A stretch of DNA of 64,000 nt, from the NCBI GenBank assembly GCA_963828525.1, contig CAWHEP010000002.1:448001-512000 (forward strand), read 5' to 3'. The notes under the pieces were generated by a model. The model saw only the letters and a program-made list of their open reading frames with translations, made no database searches and was not told the DNA's origin. Position numbers and translations under genes: made by a program. Shown here piece by piece: positions 33,936 to 46,691 of the stretch (its first letter is position 1; each line of letters begins with the position of its first letter). Source of the DNA: an uncultured Verrucomicrobiae bacterium. Its GTDB lineage: Bacteria > Verrucomicrobiota > Verrucomicrobiia > Chthoniobacterales > Chthoniobacteraceae.

Positions 33936-35274
33936 GAGGCATCGTCCAGCATCTGCTCCTGACGCCTGCGGCTGAATTTCCGCAGCAAGCAGGCGCTGGT
34001 TTACGGCTATCTCGTGCCGCTGTTTTTCCTGCTGGCCTTCGGCAGCGTGTTTCATTCCTCCGTGCCGCCGCTGCTGCACGAGATGGGGCAGCTTGATCAC
34101 CATTACCATTCTCGGCGGGGCTTGCTTCGGGATGCCGACGGCCATGGTGCGCGAGCGCGAGCGCGGCGTGTGGCGGCGCTACCGGCTGCTGCCCGCGGCC
34201 ACGGCGGGGCTCATCGTCAGCGCCATGGTGGCGCGCTATCGTCATCAGTGCTGCTGGCGGTGCTCATGCAAATCGGGCTCGCCTGGTGCATCTACCGCAC
34301 GCCGCTGCCCGCGCATCCGCTCGGCGCCTTCGTGGCCTTTAGCCTGGTCTGTTTCGCCTTTCTTGGGCTGGGGCTGATCATCGCCATGCTGGCCGATGCC
34401 GTGCCCGCCGTGCAGGCGCTCGGGCAGGCTATTTTTCTGCCGATGATCATGATCGGCGGGGTCGGGCGTGCCGTTGCGCACCCTGCCGCCGTGGGCGCAG
34501 CATCTGGCCGCTTACCTGCCTGGCCGCTATGCCGTGGAGGCGCTGGATGCGTGCATCCCGCCGGGCGGCCCCGGCCTGGGCGGCGCGCGCTTTGCCTTGG
34601 CCGCGCTCTTTGTGATCGGCGCGGCCGCTTGCGTGACGGGGGCGCGCCTCTTTCGCTGGGATGCCAGGCCAGCGCGTGCCGGGCCGCGGCGAAAGCCTGG
34701 ATTGTCGTGGCGCTGGCCGCGTGGGTGGCGGTTGGTTGGCGGCCGAGCGCAAGGGGCGGCTCGCCGTTCCGCCCGCGCCGTCCGCGACGGCGGCGGCCAG
34801 CGGCCGTGGGAAAACATTTCGGCAGAAGAAGTGAACGGCATCACCTACGAAAACCTGCCGAAAGACGACGGGCGTGGTCACGCCCATCGCCAATGGATTG
34901 GACGATCTTCCGGCGGACGACAAAAGCCGTGTCGTGTCCCTCCAGGAAAAGCTGGGCGCATGGCCCCCGGCACAGGTGGCTGATCCCGGGCAGCGGGTGC
35001 AGGAACCTTCTCTCGGCGGCCTCCGTCGCGGATGTCCTGGAAGACCCGAACGAAGGCGCCATCGGCTATGTGATTCTGGACGAATCCGCGCGGACGTGGA
35101 GGGGGAAGACCTCAAGAAAATCCTGGCGCTGGATCATCCTGCATCCGGATGAGGGAACCGTCTTGACCAAAGTCCCCGAGCTGGGCGTGAGCGGGGAAGT
35201 GACGAAGGGCGCCGTGCGCGAGCGCTCCGCCACTGTACGCGCGGAAGTTACTCATGCGGGCGCTGGGCAAGTAA
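33932..35274 (+). CDS. ABC-2 type permease with extra C-terminal soluble domain, frameshifted
   Basis: ALVYGYLVPLFFLLAF, MVRERERGVWRRY, IFLPMIMIGGV and LPPWAQHLAAYLPGRYAVE, then a hydrophilic region (ENISAEEVNGITYENLP..SVADVLEDPNEG). Confidence 0.8.
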
Positions 35275-35316
35275 CTCGTTTCTTGATTTTGCGGGCCGCC
35301 GCACCATGGTTGCAGC

Positions 35317-35834
35317 ATGCGCCCCCTCGTGCTTTCTTTTCTTCTTTTTCTTCCTTTCGCCGCCCGCGCCCAGGACACAGAGCCCGCCTTGATGGCGCGG
35401 GCGCAGAAAGCTTACCTGGGCGGTGACATGGAGGCTGCGAAAACGGGCTTCACGGAAGTCTTGCAGCTCGATCCGCCAATACTCTCGCCACCCAATATCT
35501 GCGCAAGATCGCTGCGGTGGAAGCGCGCCAGGCCAAGCCCAAGGATCAGATCGGCAGCCTGGTGCTTCCCAAGGTTGAATTTCGCGAGGCGAACTTTTCC
35601 TCCGCGCTCGGCGCGCTTCGCGACCAGGCTGCGAAGCAGTCCGTGACGGTCTCCTTTGTCTCCCAACTTAGCGCCGAGCAGATGCAGCACCCGGTGACGG
35701 TCAGTCTTACGAACATTCCTTTTCTGGAGGCGTTGCGTTACCTATGCTCGCTAAATGGCGCGACTTACAAAGTCGAGCAATACGCCATTGTGATTACGGC
35801 GGCGGTAGCCGGTGCTTCGCCGGCGGCTCAATAG
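35317..35834 (+). CDS. Exported protein with TPR-like motif and secretin-N/STN-like domain, frameshifted
   Basis: Signal peptide; AQKAYLGGDMEAAKTGFTEVLQLDP; LVLPKVEFREANFSSAL..VTVSLTNIPFLEALRYL..YKVEQYAIVI. Confidence 0.55.
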
Positions 35835-36558
35835 ATGACCTTGACCAGGCAGAGTCCCTCCGCCGGCGCGGCGAAGGAGCATTTGCCGGCGCGCCCTTCC
35901 AGGTATTCGGTTATCTTTGCCATGGGCGCGCGTTCCTGCCCGATGCGGACCAGAGCGCCGGTCATGAGCCTGACCATGCGGTAGAGAAATCCCGTCCCCG
36001 CACGCGCAGGGTAATCAGGGCGCCTTTCCGGCGGATGGTGAGTTCCTGGATCGTCCGCACCGTGTCCTCATTCGGTTTTCCGCGGTTCGCGGCGAAATTC
36101 CGGAAGTCATGCGTGCCCCAGGAAAGCGCGCGCCGCTGTTTGCATGAGGACCGTCTCCACGGGCGGCGGCAGATGCCAGGCGCGCCCGTTTTCAAAAGGC
36201 GGCATGATCGGCCCGTTCCAGATTCGATACTGGTAGATTTTTCCCTTGGCCGAAAACCGCGCGTGAAAATCTGGCTGGCGGCCGGCGGCAGCGCAGCACG
36301 CGGATCTGCCGGGGCAGGTTGGCGTTCAGCGCCGCCGCCCAATCGAGCGGCGCCGTCGCGGCTAACCTCCACGTGCGCGCATTGCGCCAGCGCATGCACG
36401 CCCGCATCCGTGCGGCCCGCGCCGTGCACCGGCACGCGCTCGCCGCAGATGCGGGCGAAAGCTGCTTCCAGGTAATCCTGCACCGTCTCGCCGCCCGCCT
36501 GGCTTTGCCAGCCGCGCAGGCCCGCGCCGTCATACGCGATCGTCAGGCGCAGCCGCAT
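35828..36558 (-). CDS. truA: tRNA pseudouridine(38-40) synthase, frameshifted
   Basis: RLTIAYDG..GWQSQ, GAGRTDAGVHALAQ, GTHDFRNF and FLYRMVR. Confidence 0.95.
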
Positions 36559-36987
36559 CACTCCATCTGGAACGCCTGCGAATCGAGATACCCTTGCAGG
36601 ATCATCTGCGCGGCGACCTGGTCGATGACCGAGCGGCTGTTCTTCACCGTGCGGCCCGTCTCGTGCAGCGCCTTCTGCGCGGCCACGGAGGTCAGGCGCT
36701 CATCCCAGAAGCGGATTTCGCAGTCCGGCGCCAGCGCGCGCAGCTTGCTCGGCAAATTCCCGCGTCTTCTGCGCGGCCGGGCCGTGCGAGCCATCCATGT
36801 TGCGCGGCATCCCGAGCACGGCCACCGTGACTTTTTCCCGGGCGATGACCGCCGCGACATGCGCGGCCACATTCCCCACCGCCTTTACGGAGACGGTCTC
36901 CAGCGGGTGCGCGAGCATGCCGAGATCGTCGGAAAGGGCGAGCCCCACGCGCGCCGCCCCCAGGTCGATCCCGAGCGCCTTGGTCAT
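36558..36987 (-). CDS. ruvX: YqgF/RuvX pre-16S rRNA nuclease, frameshifted
   Basis: ALGIDLGAARVGLALSD, GMPRNMDGS, WDERLTS and IDQVAAQMILQGYLD. Confidence 0.93.
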
Positions 36988-38072
36988 TGCAATTCTCCGG
37001 GCACCAGCGCGACCAGGTTCTTGATTTTCTCCGCGCTCTCCCGGTGCGCCACCAGCAGCGCGTCCTCGGTTTGCACCACGATCAGGTCGCGCACGCCCAT
37101 CAGCGCCACCTGCCCGGGGCGGGTGGTGTAAACGATGTTCCCTCGCGCATCCTGCGTGGTGAGCCGCTCGGTATTGGCCGAGTTTCCCGGCTTCGTCCTG
37201 CTTCAGGTATTTGGCGACGGCCGGCCAGCTCCCGATGTCATCCCAGTCGAACCCGGCCTCCACCACCAGCACCCGCTCCGCCTTTTCCATGACGGCGTAG
37301 TCGATCGAAATCTTCGGCAGATCCGGGAAACGGCGGCCAGCGTGCCCGCGAAATCGCCGCTGGCGTGCAGCTGCTCCACGAATTCCGCCAGCGGAGCGGC
37401 GTGGCGGCAAGAGCTCCGCCAGGATGGCGGGGAGCGGCCAGATGAACATGCCCGCGTTCCAGCGGAAATTTCCCTGCTTGAAAAATTGCTCGGCCAGTTG
37501 CGGATTCGGCTTTTCGCGGAAGCGCGCCACCTCGCGCACCGGCCGGGTAGCGCCCTCGATCTGGCACCGCCGCCCCTTCCTCGATGTAGCCGAACCCCGG
37601 GCAGGCCCAGGTGGGCTTGATGCCGATGGTGACCAGGTTCCCCGTTTCCCGCGCGGCCGCCACCGCCGTGAGGAGCGTGGCCTGGAAAGCCGCCCGATCC
37701 TGGATGAGATGGTCCGCCGGCAGCACGATCATGGTGGCCGCCGCGTCCCGCAGCGAGACCCAGCCCGCGCCCAGCGCGATGGCCGCCGCCGTGTCCCGCT
37801 TGGCCGGTTCGGCCACGATATTCTCCGGGGGCAGGGTGGGGAGCGAGCGCGCGCACGGCCGCTTCCTGGTCCTGGTTGGTCAAAATCAGGACGTGATCCC
37901 TGGGCACCAGGCCCTCCAGGCGGTTCATCGTCTCCTCCAGCAGGGTGGTGCTGGAGAAAAGCGAAAGAAGCTGCTTCGGCCGGTTCCGGCGCGAGAGCGG
38001 CCAGAAGCGTTCGCCGCTGCCTCCGGCCAGGATTAAGACGTAAAGCGAAGAATTCTTGGTCACAGTGAACAA
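36984..38072 (-). CDS. manC: Mannose-1-phosphate guanylyltransferase, frameshifted
   Basis: LILAGGSGERFWPLSR..PKQLL, EPAKRDTA, LPADHLI, FREKP, WNAGMF, ISIDYAVMEK and WDDIGSW. Confidence 0.93.
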
Positions 38073-38145
38073 AATCTGCTTAAAATGGTTGAGCGCGAGC
38101 CAATAAAAGCGAAAACCGTTTTCAACCGCTTCGCCCCAATTTTTT

Positions 38146-38442
38146 ATGCCCAGCCTGTATCAAAAACCGCAGCCCGTCGTGCCCGTGACCAGCGTCGTCG
38201 CCCTTACGCAGACCGCCATCGGCTGCGGCATTGGCCTCCTCGTGGCCAACCGCCTGCGGAACAGCGCCCGGAAAATCACCGGCTGGACCATGGTCTCCCT
38301 GGGCGTGGCCTCCGTGGCGCCCTTCCTGGTCGGCTATTTCGCGCGCACCGCGAACGGCCCCAGTTCCCGCCGCGCTCTGCGCCGCCGCCTGGATTCGATC
38401 CGCCAGGACTCCGGCTTCTCCGAGAACGCCGAGGTCTATTGA
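38146..38442 (+). CDS. Small hypothetical protein with two TM segments
   Basis: Intact 98-aa ORF between divergent manC and ftsK; two hydrophobic helices. Confidence 0.6.
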   Translation: MPSLYQKPQPVVPVTSVVALTQTAIGCGIGLLVANRLRNSARKITGWTMVSLGVASVAPFLVGYFARTANGPSSRRALRRRLDSIRQDSGFSENAEVY

Positions 38443-38558
38443 GCTTGGCGTGATCCTGCGCCCGGCCGCGCGGCTCCAATTCTCTCGGAGCGGCCGGTAT
38501 TGCGGCTTAATCCCGGGGCGCTTGAAAGCCCCGGTTACCGTTTACTATCCCCTCATTC

Positions 38559-41012
38559 ATGGCGCGCAGCAGGACAGATCGGAAAATCACGTTTTTGGGG
38601 AGGTCATCGGCCTCATGCCTGCTGGGGCTCGGCACGCTCCTCTTTCTCGCCCTCATTTCCTTCCAGGCCAAGGATGTGCCGGAGTGGGTCCGATTATCGC
38701 CCATGCCTCGCCGGCGAATCACATCACCCATAATTTCATCGGACCGGCGGGCGCCATTGTCGCGGGCTTCTTCTACTTCCTGGTGGGGGCGGGCGCTTAC
38801 GTGGTGGCGGTGGTTTTGCTGGGGTACGGCGGGGCGAAGCTGCTGGCTCCCGAGCCTGCCGATCGCGCGGCGGACGCCTTGGATCGCCGGCGCGGTAGTC
38901 TCTTTCGCCTGCCTGGTCGATCTCCAGCCTCGATTTCTGACCGACTGGGGAAGTTCCATGGGCATTCCGGGCAAGGGCGGATGGCTTGGCCATTGGCTGG
39001 GCTCCGGGCTTTGCGATCATACGCTCGGCGCGATCGGTTCGTGGATTCTCCTCGGCATCATTTATCTCACTTGCCTGGTCATGATGACGGGCATCCACCC
39101 CATCCAGCTCGTGCGGAAGTGCATCGCGTTCCCGGGGCTATGGGCGGCGAAACGCCGGGCCGCGGAACTGGCGCGCGCGGACGACCGCGAGAAGCTCGCC
39201 ATCGAAGGCCGCAAGCTGGCTAAGGAGGCGGGCAAGATCGAGCGCCAGCTCCGCAAGAAAAACGCCCTCCCCACGGCGGCGGCGCTGGATCTGCAGGACG
39301 AGGTGGAACCGGAAGCCGGGGAGCTTTGGAACGGCTCCGCCCGGCCCACGCCGCAGATCATCGATACGGCCATCGCCAGCAAATCCTCGCGCAACGGCAA
39401 GGAGAAGCTGGCGCCGAAAGAGCCGGTCTCCTACGAAAACTACGCCTTGCCGGGCGTCGATCTGCTGGAGGAAATGGACGACGAAGGCCGGCAGGCCGCC
39501 GATCCCGAGGAACTGAAGGAAACCCAGGGCATTCTCATCGATACCCTCGCGCAATTCGGCATCGCCGTGGCGCCGGGGGATATCACGCGCGGCCCCACCA
39601 TTACCCGCTACGAGGTTTACCCGGCCAAGGGGGTGCGGGTGGATAAGATCGTGGCCCTGGAGCGCGACCTGGCCCGCGCCACGCAGCGCGGAGCGCATCA
39701 ACATCCTCGCGCCCATCCCCGGCAAGGACACGGTCGGCATCGAGATCGCCAACACGCGCAAGATGAAGGTAACCCTGCGCGAGCTGCTGGAGAGCGACGA
39801 CTGGCACAATACCAAGGCGCGCATCCCGCTGGCGCTGGGCAAGGATGTGTACGGCAACACCATTATCGCCGATCTGGCGCAGATGCCGCATCTGCTCGTG
39901 GCCGGCACCACCGGCTCGGGCAAGAGCGTTTGCATCAACTCGCTCATCGCGAGCATGCTCTACCGTTTTCGCCGGAGGATCTGCGCTTCGTGATGATCGA
40001 TCCCAAGGTGGTCGAGATGCAGGTTTACAACACGCTGCCGCATCTGGTGGTGCCGGTGGTGACCGATCCCAAGAAGGTCCTGCTCGCGCTGCGCTGGGTG
40101 GGGGACGAGATGGACAAGCGTTACCTCATGTTCGCGAAGGTGAACGTGCGGAACATCACCAGCTTCAACGCCCGCCCCAAGCCGAAGTCGCAAAAGGAAC
40201 TCGACGCCGAGGCCGATGCGCCGGCCGCGGCCCATCCCGTGGTGGAGAGCCCAATGGCGAGGAGGAGATCCTGCCCGAGCCCGGCAGCGTGGAGGAATAC
40301 GTGCAGGGGGTGGATCGCATCCGCGTGCCGCGCGACGAGGAGATCATCATCCCGGACCGGCTGCCCTACATCGTGGTCATCGTGGACGAGCTGGCCGATC
40401 TCATGCTGACCGCGCCCGCGGATGTGGAGAGCGCCATCGCCCGGCTGACGCAAAAGGCGCGCGCGGCCGGCATCCACATGATCCTGGCCACGCAGACGCC
40501 GCGGGCGGATGTCATCACCGGCGTGATCAAGGCGAACATCCCGAGCAAGATTGCCTTCCAGGTGGCTTCGAAGCTCGATTCCCGCGTCATCCTGGACGCG
40601 AACGGCGCCGAGCGGCTGCTGGGCCAGGGGGATATGCTTTACCTGCCGCCCGGCACCTCGCGGCTCATCCGCTCGCAGGGCGTGCTGGTGACCGACGAGG
40701 AAATTCACCGCATCATCGACCACGCGGCGCAATTCGCCGAGCCGTCCTTCGATAGCGAGGTGCAGGAGAAACTGCAGGGCGGCGGCGTGCAGGAGGAATT
40801 GAGCGAGGAAGACGAGGAACTGGTGCAAAAATGCATCGAGATCATGCGCCAGGAGCGCAAGGCCAGCACCTCGCTCTTCCAGCGCCGCCTCCGGCTCGGC
40901 TACACCCGCGCGGCGCGCGTGGTGGACATTCTGGAGCAGAGGGGGTATGTCGCAGCCGGGGAAGGCGCGAAGCCGCGCGAGATTCTCGATCGATCTCGAT
41001 GAGCTTGTGTAA
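38559..41012 (+). CDS. ftsK: DNA translocase FtsK, frameshifted
   Basis: N-terminal TMs, GPTITRYE, MPHLLVAGTTGSGKS, MIDPKVVE, IVDELADLM, GIHMILATQ and the gamma domain ASTSLFQRRLRLGYTRAAR. Confidence 0.96.
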
Positions 41013-41054
41013 AAATCCCGAACCTGCGCCTTCTTAAAAAGATACCCGTCCCGA

Positions 41055-41999
41055 ATGGTCGAATCCGCCGGAAAAAAATTACAGCAGGCCCGCTTGCGCA
41101 AGCAGATCTCCGTGGAGGAGGCGGCCCGCGTGACCCGGATGCGCCCGGACAAGATCCTGGACCTGGAGGAGGATAACTATTCGAACTTCCCCAGCATGTC
41201 CTACGCGAAGGGCTTCCTGCTCATTTACGCGAAGTTCCTGGGCGTCGATATCCGCAATTTCGCCGATACCTTGCAGACGCCCAACCCGGTGAGCAGCGGC
41301 GACGACTACGAATACCTGAATGCCGCCGCCAGCTTTCCGGCCGCGGCGCCCACCCGCCGGCCGTACTCGCATTCCTTCGCGCCGCGGCGGGAGCGGAGCA
41401 TCCTGCCGCTGGTGGTGGTGGGCGTGCTGATCGTGCTCGTGATCCTGGGAGTTTACCTGTCTCCATTTCCCGGCGCCTGGAGAGCCTGGATGACACGGCG
41501 GATAAAAAGGACGGCGTCGCCCGCCGCCTCGGCCGCCCCCGCCATTTCAACCCTGCCGGTGGCGGTGCCAGTGAACGTCCGCGGCGCCCGTCCGGCCGTG
41601 GCCACTGCCGGCTCCGGCCGGCTTCGCCCGGGCGGTGCCATTTGCCGTGCCGCCTCCCGCGCTCGCCTATAATCCCGCGCTGGAAGTGCGCCGGGCGCAA
41701 CCGGCTCCCGCGGCCACGCCCAGCCGCCAGTCGGCCATGCGCCCACGTCCGGCGGCATCCCCGGCGGCGGCCGACCAAGGAGATCACCGTGCGGCCCGCT
41801 GCGAAAAACGCGGGTGACAATCCGCCGGGATGTGGCAGATTCCGCTCCCGTTTTCGAAGACTGGCTCTACCCGACCGATGGCGCGCTCAAGCTGAGCGGC
41901 AAGAAGTTCTGGATCAAAGTGCAGGATCCCGGCGCGGTGCAGGTGACCCAGGATGGGAAGCCGGTGCCCTCCGGCGAAAGCGAAATCCGGATCGAATGA
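41055..41999 (+). CDS. RodZ-like protein (HTH, TM, Pro/Ala linker, C-terminal DUF4115-like domain), frameshifted
   Basis: GKKLQQARLRKQISVEEAA..LEEDNY..YAKGFLLIYAKFLGVD, one TM, C-terminal FWIKVQDPGAVQV; lies between ftsK and rimO. Confidence 0.8.
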
Positions 42000-43481
42000 C
42001 TCCGCCCACCCTCCCCAGCCCGGCCAGTCAAGGTCGGCATGATCTCGCTCGGCTGCGCCAAGAACCTGGTGGATGCCGAGATCATGCTGGGCGACGCCGC
42101 GCGGCGCGGCATGGAGATCACCGGCGATGCGGACGAGGCGGATGTGCTGGTGGTCAATACCTGCGCGTTCATCGACTCGGCCAAGGAGGAATCGATCGAT
42201 GCCATCCTGGGTGCGCACCAGCAGCGCGGGCTGCGCAAGCGCGCCGGGCAGAAGCTCATCGTGAGCGGCTGCATGGCCCAGCGTTTTTCCAAGGAACTGG
42301 CCGGCGACCTGCCGGAGGTGGACGCCTTCATCGGGCTCGACCAGGTGAACCGCCTCGGCGAGATCGTGGAGGATCTGCTCGTCGCCCCTTCCGCCGTGCA
42401 TGACGACCAGTGGCAGCCGCTGAACCTCGTCACGCGGAACTCCGTTTTCATCCCGGATTACGACACGCCGCGCTTTCGCCTCACGCCCAGCCACACCGCC
42501 TACGTGAAGATCGCGGAGGGCTGCAACCATCCCTGCTCGTTTTGCGTCATCCCGCAGATGCGCGGGCGGCATCGCAGCCGCACCATCGCCTCCGTGGTGG
42601 CCGAGGTGCGGAACCTCGTGGCCGAAGGGGTGAAAGAGATCAACCTCATCAGCCAGGACACGACTTACTTCGGCATGGACCAGTGGGAGGAGCGCTCCAG
42701 CCCCACCCAGCCGGTCGATTCCGCGCGCGGGCCCACGCTGACCCGCCTGTTGCGCGAGCTGCAGGAGATCGAGGGCGATTTCTGGATCCGGCTGCTCTAC
42801 ACGCATCCCGCGCATTGGAGCGACGAACTCATCCAGGCCATCGCGGAGTGCGACAAGGTCGCGCGCTATGTCGATATGCCGCTCCAGCACATCCACGAGG
42901 AATTGCTGCGCACCATGCGGCGCGAGACTTCGCGGGAGCATATCGAGAACCTGATCACGCGCATGCGCGCCGGGCATTCCCGGGCTGGCGCTGCGCACCA
43001 CCTTCATCGTCGGTTTCCCGGGCGAGACCGAGGAGCAGTTCGAGTCGCTGCTGGAGTTCATCGGGCGGGTGCGTTTCGAGCGGCTGGGCGTCTTCACCTA
43101 TTCGCGCGAGGAGAATTCCCGCGCGGGAAAGATGGAGGGTCAATTGCCCGCGAAGGTGAAGCAGGCGCGCTTCCGCAAGGCGATGCGCCTGCAGCAGAAG
43201 ATCGCGGGCGAGATCGCCGCGGCGCAGGTCGGGCCAAACGAATGCGCGTGCTGGTGGAGGATGGCGAGACGGCCCGGGCGCAGTCCGACGCCCCCGAGGT
43301 GGATACGCAGGTGCTGCTGACCAGCCCGATGCCGATCGGCGAGTTCGCCGAGGTGGAGATCATCGGGACCAAGGTGTACGACTTGATCGGGGCGCCGCTT
43401 ATCTCCAGTGCTGTAACAGGAAGAGCAGCGGCGGTTGCTCCCTCCGGGGTCAGCGACCCCGGCTACAATACGCCATCTTGA
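41996..43481 (+). CDS. rimO: Ribosomal protein S12 methylthiotransferase, frameshifted
   Basis: SLGCAKNLVDAE, VNTCAFIDSAKEESI, KIAEGCNHPCSFCVIP (radical SAM CxxxCxxC), DMPLQH and DAPEVD. Confidence 0.96.
43444..43467 (-). repeat. GTAG-type REP-like palindrome
   Basis: Minus strand reads TGTAG-CCGGGGTC-GCT-GACCCCGG: a GTAG tetranucleotide followed by a perfect 8-bp stem. Confidence 0.65.
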
Positions 43482-45150
43482 AAACCGCCGATCCGCTGCC
43501 CCAGCCGCCGAAACGTCCGCCGCGGGCCTCCGCGTTTTTGGTGGGCGCGGGGATTTTGCTCAGCCGTATCGCGGGGCTGGTGCGCGAGAGCTTCTTTGCG
43601 CATTACTTTGGCAATTCGCACGCGGCGGGCGCATTCCGGGCGGCGCATGCGCATTCCGAATTTTCTGCAGAACCTGCTTCGGCGAAGGGGTGCTCTCGGC
43701 CAGTTTTATCCCGGTCTATTCGCGGCTGCTGGAGGAGGGGAAAACGAAACTGGCCGGGCGGGTGGCCGGCATCGTGGCCAGCCTGCTCGCGCTGGCGGTA
43801 AGCGTGATCGTGCTGTGCGGGGTGCTGCTGACGCCGCTCTTCGTGGATTTCGTCGCGCCCGGGTTTCAACGGCGAGTTGCGGCTGCTCACGATCCACATC
43901 GTGCAGGTCATGTTTCCGGGCGTGGGCATCCTGGTGCTTGTCCGCCTGGTGCCTGGGCATCCTGAACAGCCACCGCATGTTTCTTCATCTCCTACGTGGC
44001 GCCGGTGCTGTGGAATGTGGCTATGATCGGCACGCATGCTGGGCTTCGGCGGGCTGCGGAACCAGGACTCGCTCGCCCTCACCCTGGCCTGGGGTTCCAT
44101 CGCGGGCGCCGCCCTCCAATTCGGCGTGCAGCTTCCTTTCATCTTCTTGCGAAAAGGGGCGGATGGACATGCGATTGGCGCGGATATCGTGCTCGGGCTG
44201 CAAATCGCGCTCGCGCCGGTGCGCCAGGTTTTCCGGAGCCTCGGGCCGGTGGTGATGAGCCGCGGGGTGGTGCAACTGAGCGCGTTTGTCGATACGCAGA
44301 TCGCGAGCTTCCTGGGAGCCGGCGCGCGTGGCCAGCCTCGGGCTACGCGCAGACGATCTACCTTCTGCCCATCAGTCTTTTCGGCATGTCGGTGGCGGCG
44401 GCGGAGCTGCCGGAGATGTCGCGCTCCACCGGCACGCAGGAGGAAATTTACGCCAAGCTGCGGAACCGCCTGGTCGGAGGGAAGAAGACCATTGCCTTTT
44501 ACGTGATCCCGAGCGTGGTCGGGTTTCTAATGCTGGGCCGGTTTATCGTTTCCGCCCTGTACCAGAGCGGGCAATTCGGGCGGCAGGATACGCTCTACGT
44601 CTGGTATATCCTGATGGGCTCCACGGTGGGAATGCTCGCGGCGACCTGGGGCCGGCTCTATTCCTCTGCTTTCTATGCGCTGCGCGATACGCGCACACCG
44701 CTAAATTTTGCGATCATCCGCGTGGTGCTCACGGGGGCGCTCGGGCGTGCTCTTCGCCTTTCCGCTGCGGCCGTTGCTGAGCAGCGTGATGTTGCAGGGT
44801 CTGCATCTGCCGCACACCCGTGCTGCCGGAAATTGAACGGGGCATGGGCGCGGTCGGGCTCACGCTCTCCGCCGGGCTTTCGGGGTGGATCGAGTTCCTG
44901 CTGTTGCGCCGAGCGTTGCAAGAGCGGATCGGGAGCACGGAGCTGCCGCGCTTGTTCGCGACGAAGATTTGGGCGGCGGCGCTGGTGGCGGGGGTGGGCG
45001 GATGGGGGGCGGGGCACTTCATTCACCTCGGGATTCGCTGGGCGAACCTGGGCGTGGTGATGGCGGCGTTTGGCGTGCTCTATGCGGGAGCTGACGCTGG
45101 TGCTGCGGGTGCCGCAGGCCCAGGCGTTGCTGTTGCGGCGGCGCGCGTGA
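43478..45150 (+). CDS. murJ: Lipid II flippase MurJ, frameshifted
   Basis: LSRIAGLVRE, RIPNFLQNL.GEGVLSASFIP, AQTIYLLPISLFG and FYALRDTRTP. Confidence 0.92.
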
Positions 45151-45828
45151 TGTGCTCCAATTCGCCCGTGATCTCCCGGGTTTGTTCTTTCCTCCGCGGT
45201 TCTTCCTCCTGGGTGTTTCCGCCCGCGCCGATCTGAAATGGGACAGCACCACGGCCTTTACGACGGCGCGCGCCTTCGCAGGGCGCGGCCACGGCGCGTT
45301 TTTCTTTCACCAATACGGGCAGCTATCCCGGTCAAGATCGTCAGGGCACGGAGACCTCTTGCGGATGCACGGCGGCGGCGGTGGACCAGAAGGTTTTCGC
45401 GCCGGGGCAGAAGGGGCAGATTCATGTCACCTTCAAGACGCTTGAATCGCGACGGGCTTTACCAGGAGCCGATCAAGGTGGACACGGACGATCCCGCGGC
45501 CAGGGAGACGGAATCTGAACGTTGCGCATCCTGGTGAAGAATGCCATTTCGATCGACTCCGAGTTTCTTTTCTGGAAAGCGGGCGACGGGTTGAGACCGA
45601 AGGCGATGCTCGTCTCCGTGACGGATGGCTACAACGTGAAAGGGATGGAGGCGAAGGTGGATGGACGCGCAATTCCAGGTGGCCGTGCAGACGGTGAAAC
45701 CGGGCGCGACCTACCAAGGTGGTGGTGACGCCGAAAAGCGGGCACGACCAGGGCAACGGTGACGGTGACCCCGCAGATCGAAGGGCAGACGGTAAAGGGC
45801 ATCCACCGCTCACCTGCGCGCGGCCTAG
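45150..45828 (+). CDS. Exported DUF1573 (Ig-like) protein, frameshifted
   Basis: Reassembled reading: FFLLGVSARADLKW..FSFTNTGSYPVKI..TSCGCTAA..KVFAPGQKGQIHVTF..QEPIKVDTDD. Confidence 0.75.
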
Positions 45829-45833
45829 AGACG

Positions 45834-46245
45834 ATGCGCGCGGCATTCCGCCAGGGGATGGCCTTGCTGCTGCTGGCCGTCGTTCCCGCCTGGCGGCCGG
45901 CCTCTGGCATCCGAAGCGGCCGGCGTGGCAATCCGACGAAGTCACCATGGCCACTGCGGAAGGCTGGGGCGCGGGCGCGTTGTGGATCGATGCGCGGCCC
46001 GGGAGCCGATTTCGCCCGCGCCCATGTGCCGGGCGCGCTTTCGCTGAACGAGGATGAGTGGGACACGGCTGGTGCCGGCCGTGCTGGACCGGTGGGAGCC
46101 GGATGGCAAGGTGGTCGTCTATTGCAGCAGCCTCAGTTGCCAGGCCAGCCACGAGGTGGCGCGGCGGCTGCGCGAGAAAATGAACCTGCCGAACGTCTAT
46201 GTGCTGCAAGGCGGCTGGGAGGCCTGGCAGCGCCGCCACCCATGA
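45834..46245 (+). CDS. Membrane-anchored rhodanese-domain protein, frameshifted
   Basis: N-terminal hydrophobic segment, LWIDAR..FARAHVPGALSL, VVVYCSSLSCQASHEVA and VYVLQGGWEAW. Confidence 0.85.
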
Positions 46246-46652
46246 CGCGGCCCCGCATCGCCGCCGGGCTTGATCGGCCTGGTACTGCTGGCGGCCGGCG
46301 TGCTGAAGGCGGCCGATCCCGCCAGCGTTTGCGGTGGTAGTGCGGAACTACCGGCTGCTGCCCTGGGCGGGGGATGTGCTGGTGGCGCTCTATCTGCCCT
46401 GGCTGGAGATCGTTTGCGGGGGGCCTTGCTGCTGAGGGTTGGCTACCGGGGCGCGCTCTGGATCGCGGCGCTGCTCATGGCGGTTTTCCTGGCGGCCTAC
46501 GGCAGCACGCGGCTGCGCGGGCTGGATGTGGCGTGCGGCTGCTTCGGCGAGCGGAATCCATCGCAGGCCCGCGCGGCACTGCTGGTCTCCGATGCAATCA
46601 TGCTGGCGGCGTCCTGCTCTGGATTTTGATAGCGGAGCAGCGCCGCAAATGA
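46242..46652 (+). CDS. MauE/DoxX-family membrane protein, frameshifted
   Basis: GLVLLAAGVLKAADP..NYRLLP..ALYLPWLEIVCG..LMAVF..RGLDVACGCFG. Confidence 0.85.
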
Positions 46653-46691
46653 CCTGTCGCAGCGAGGCTAAAGCGTGCGAAGTACGGCCGC

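Noticed and set aside
36700..37539. Apparent ManC-RuvX fusion
   Set aside because: An ATGA stop/start overlap at 36984-36987; the fusion arises from an upstream indel.
41996..43481. Radical SAM enzyme as a RiPP maturase for the downstream ABC/prepilin genes
   Set aside because: Its motifs identify it as the methylthiotransferase RimO, in its usual ftsK-rodZ context.
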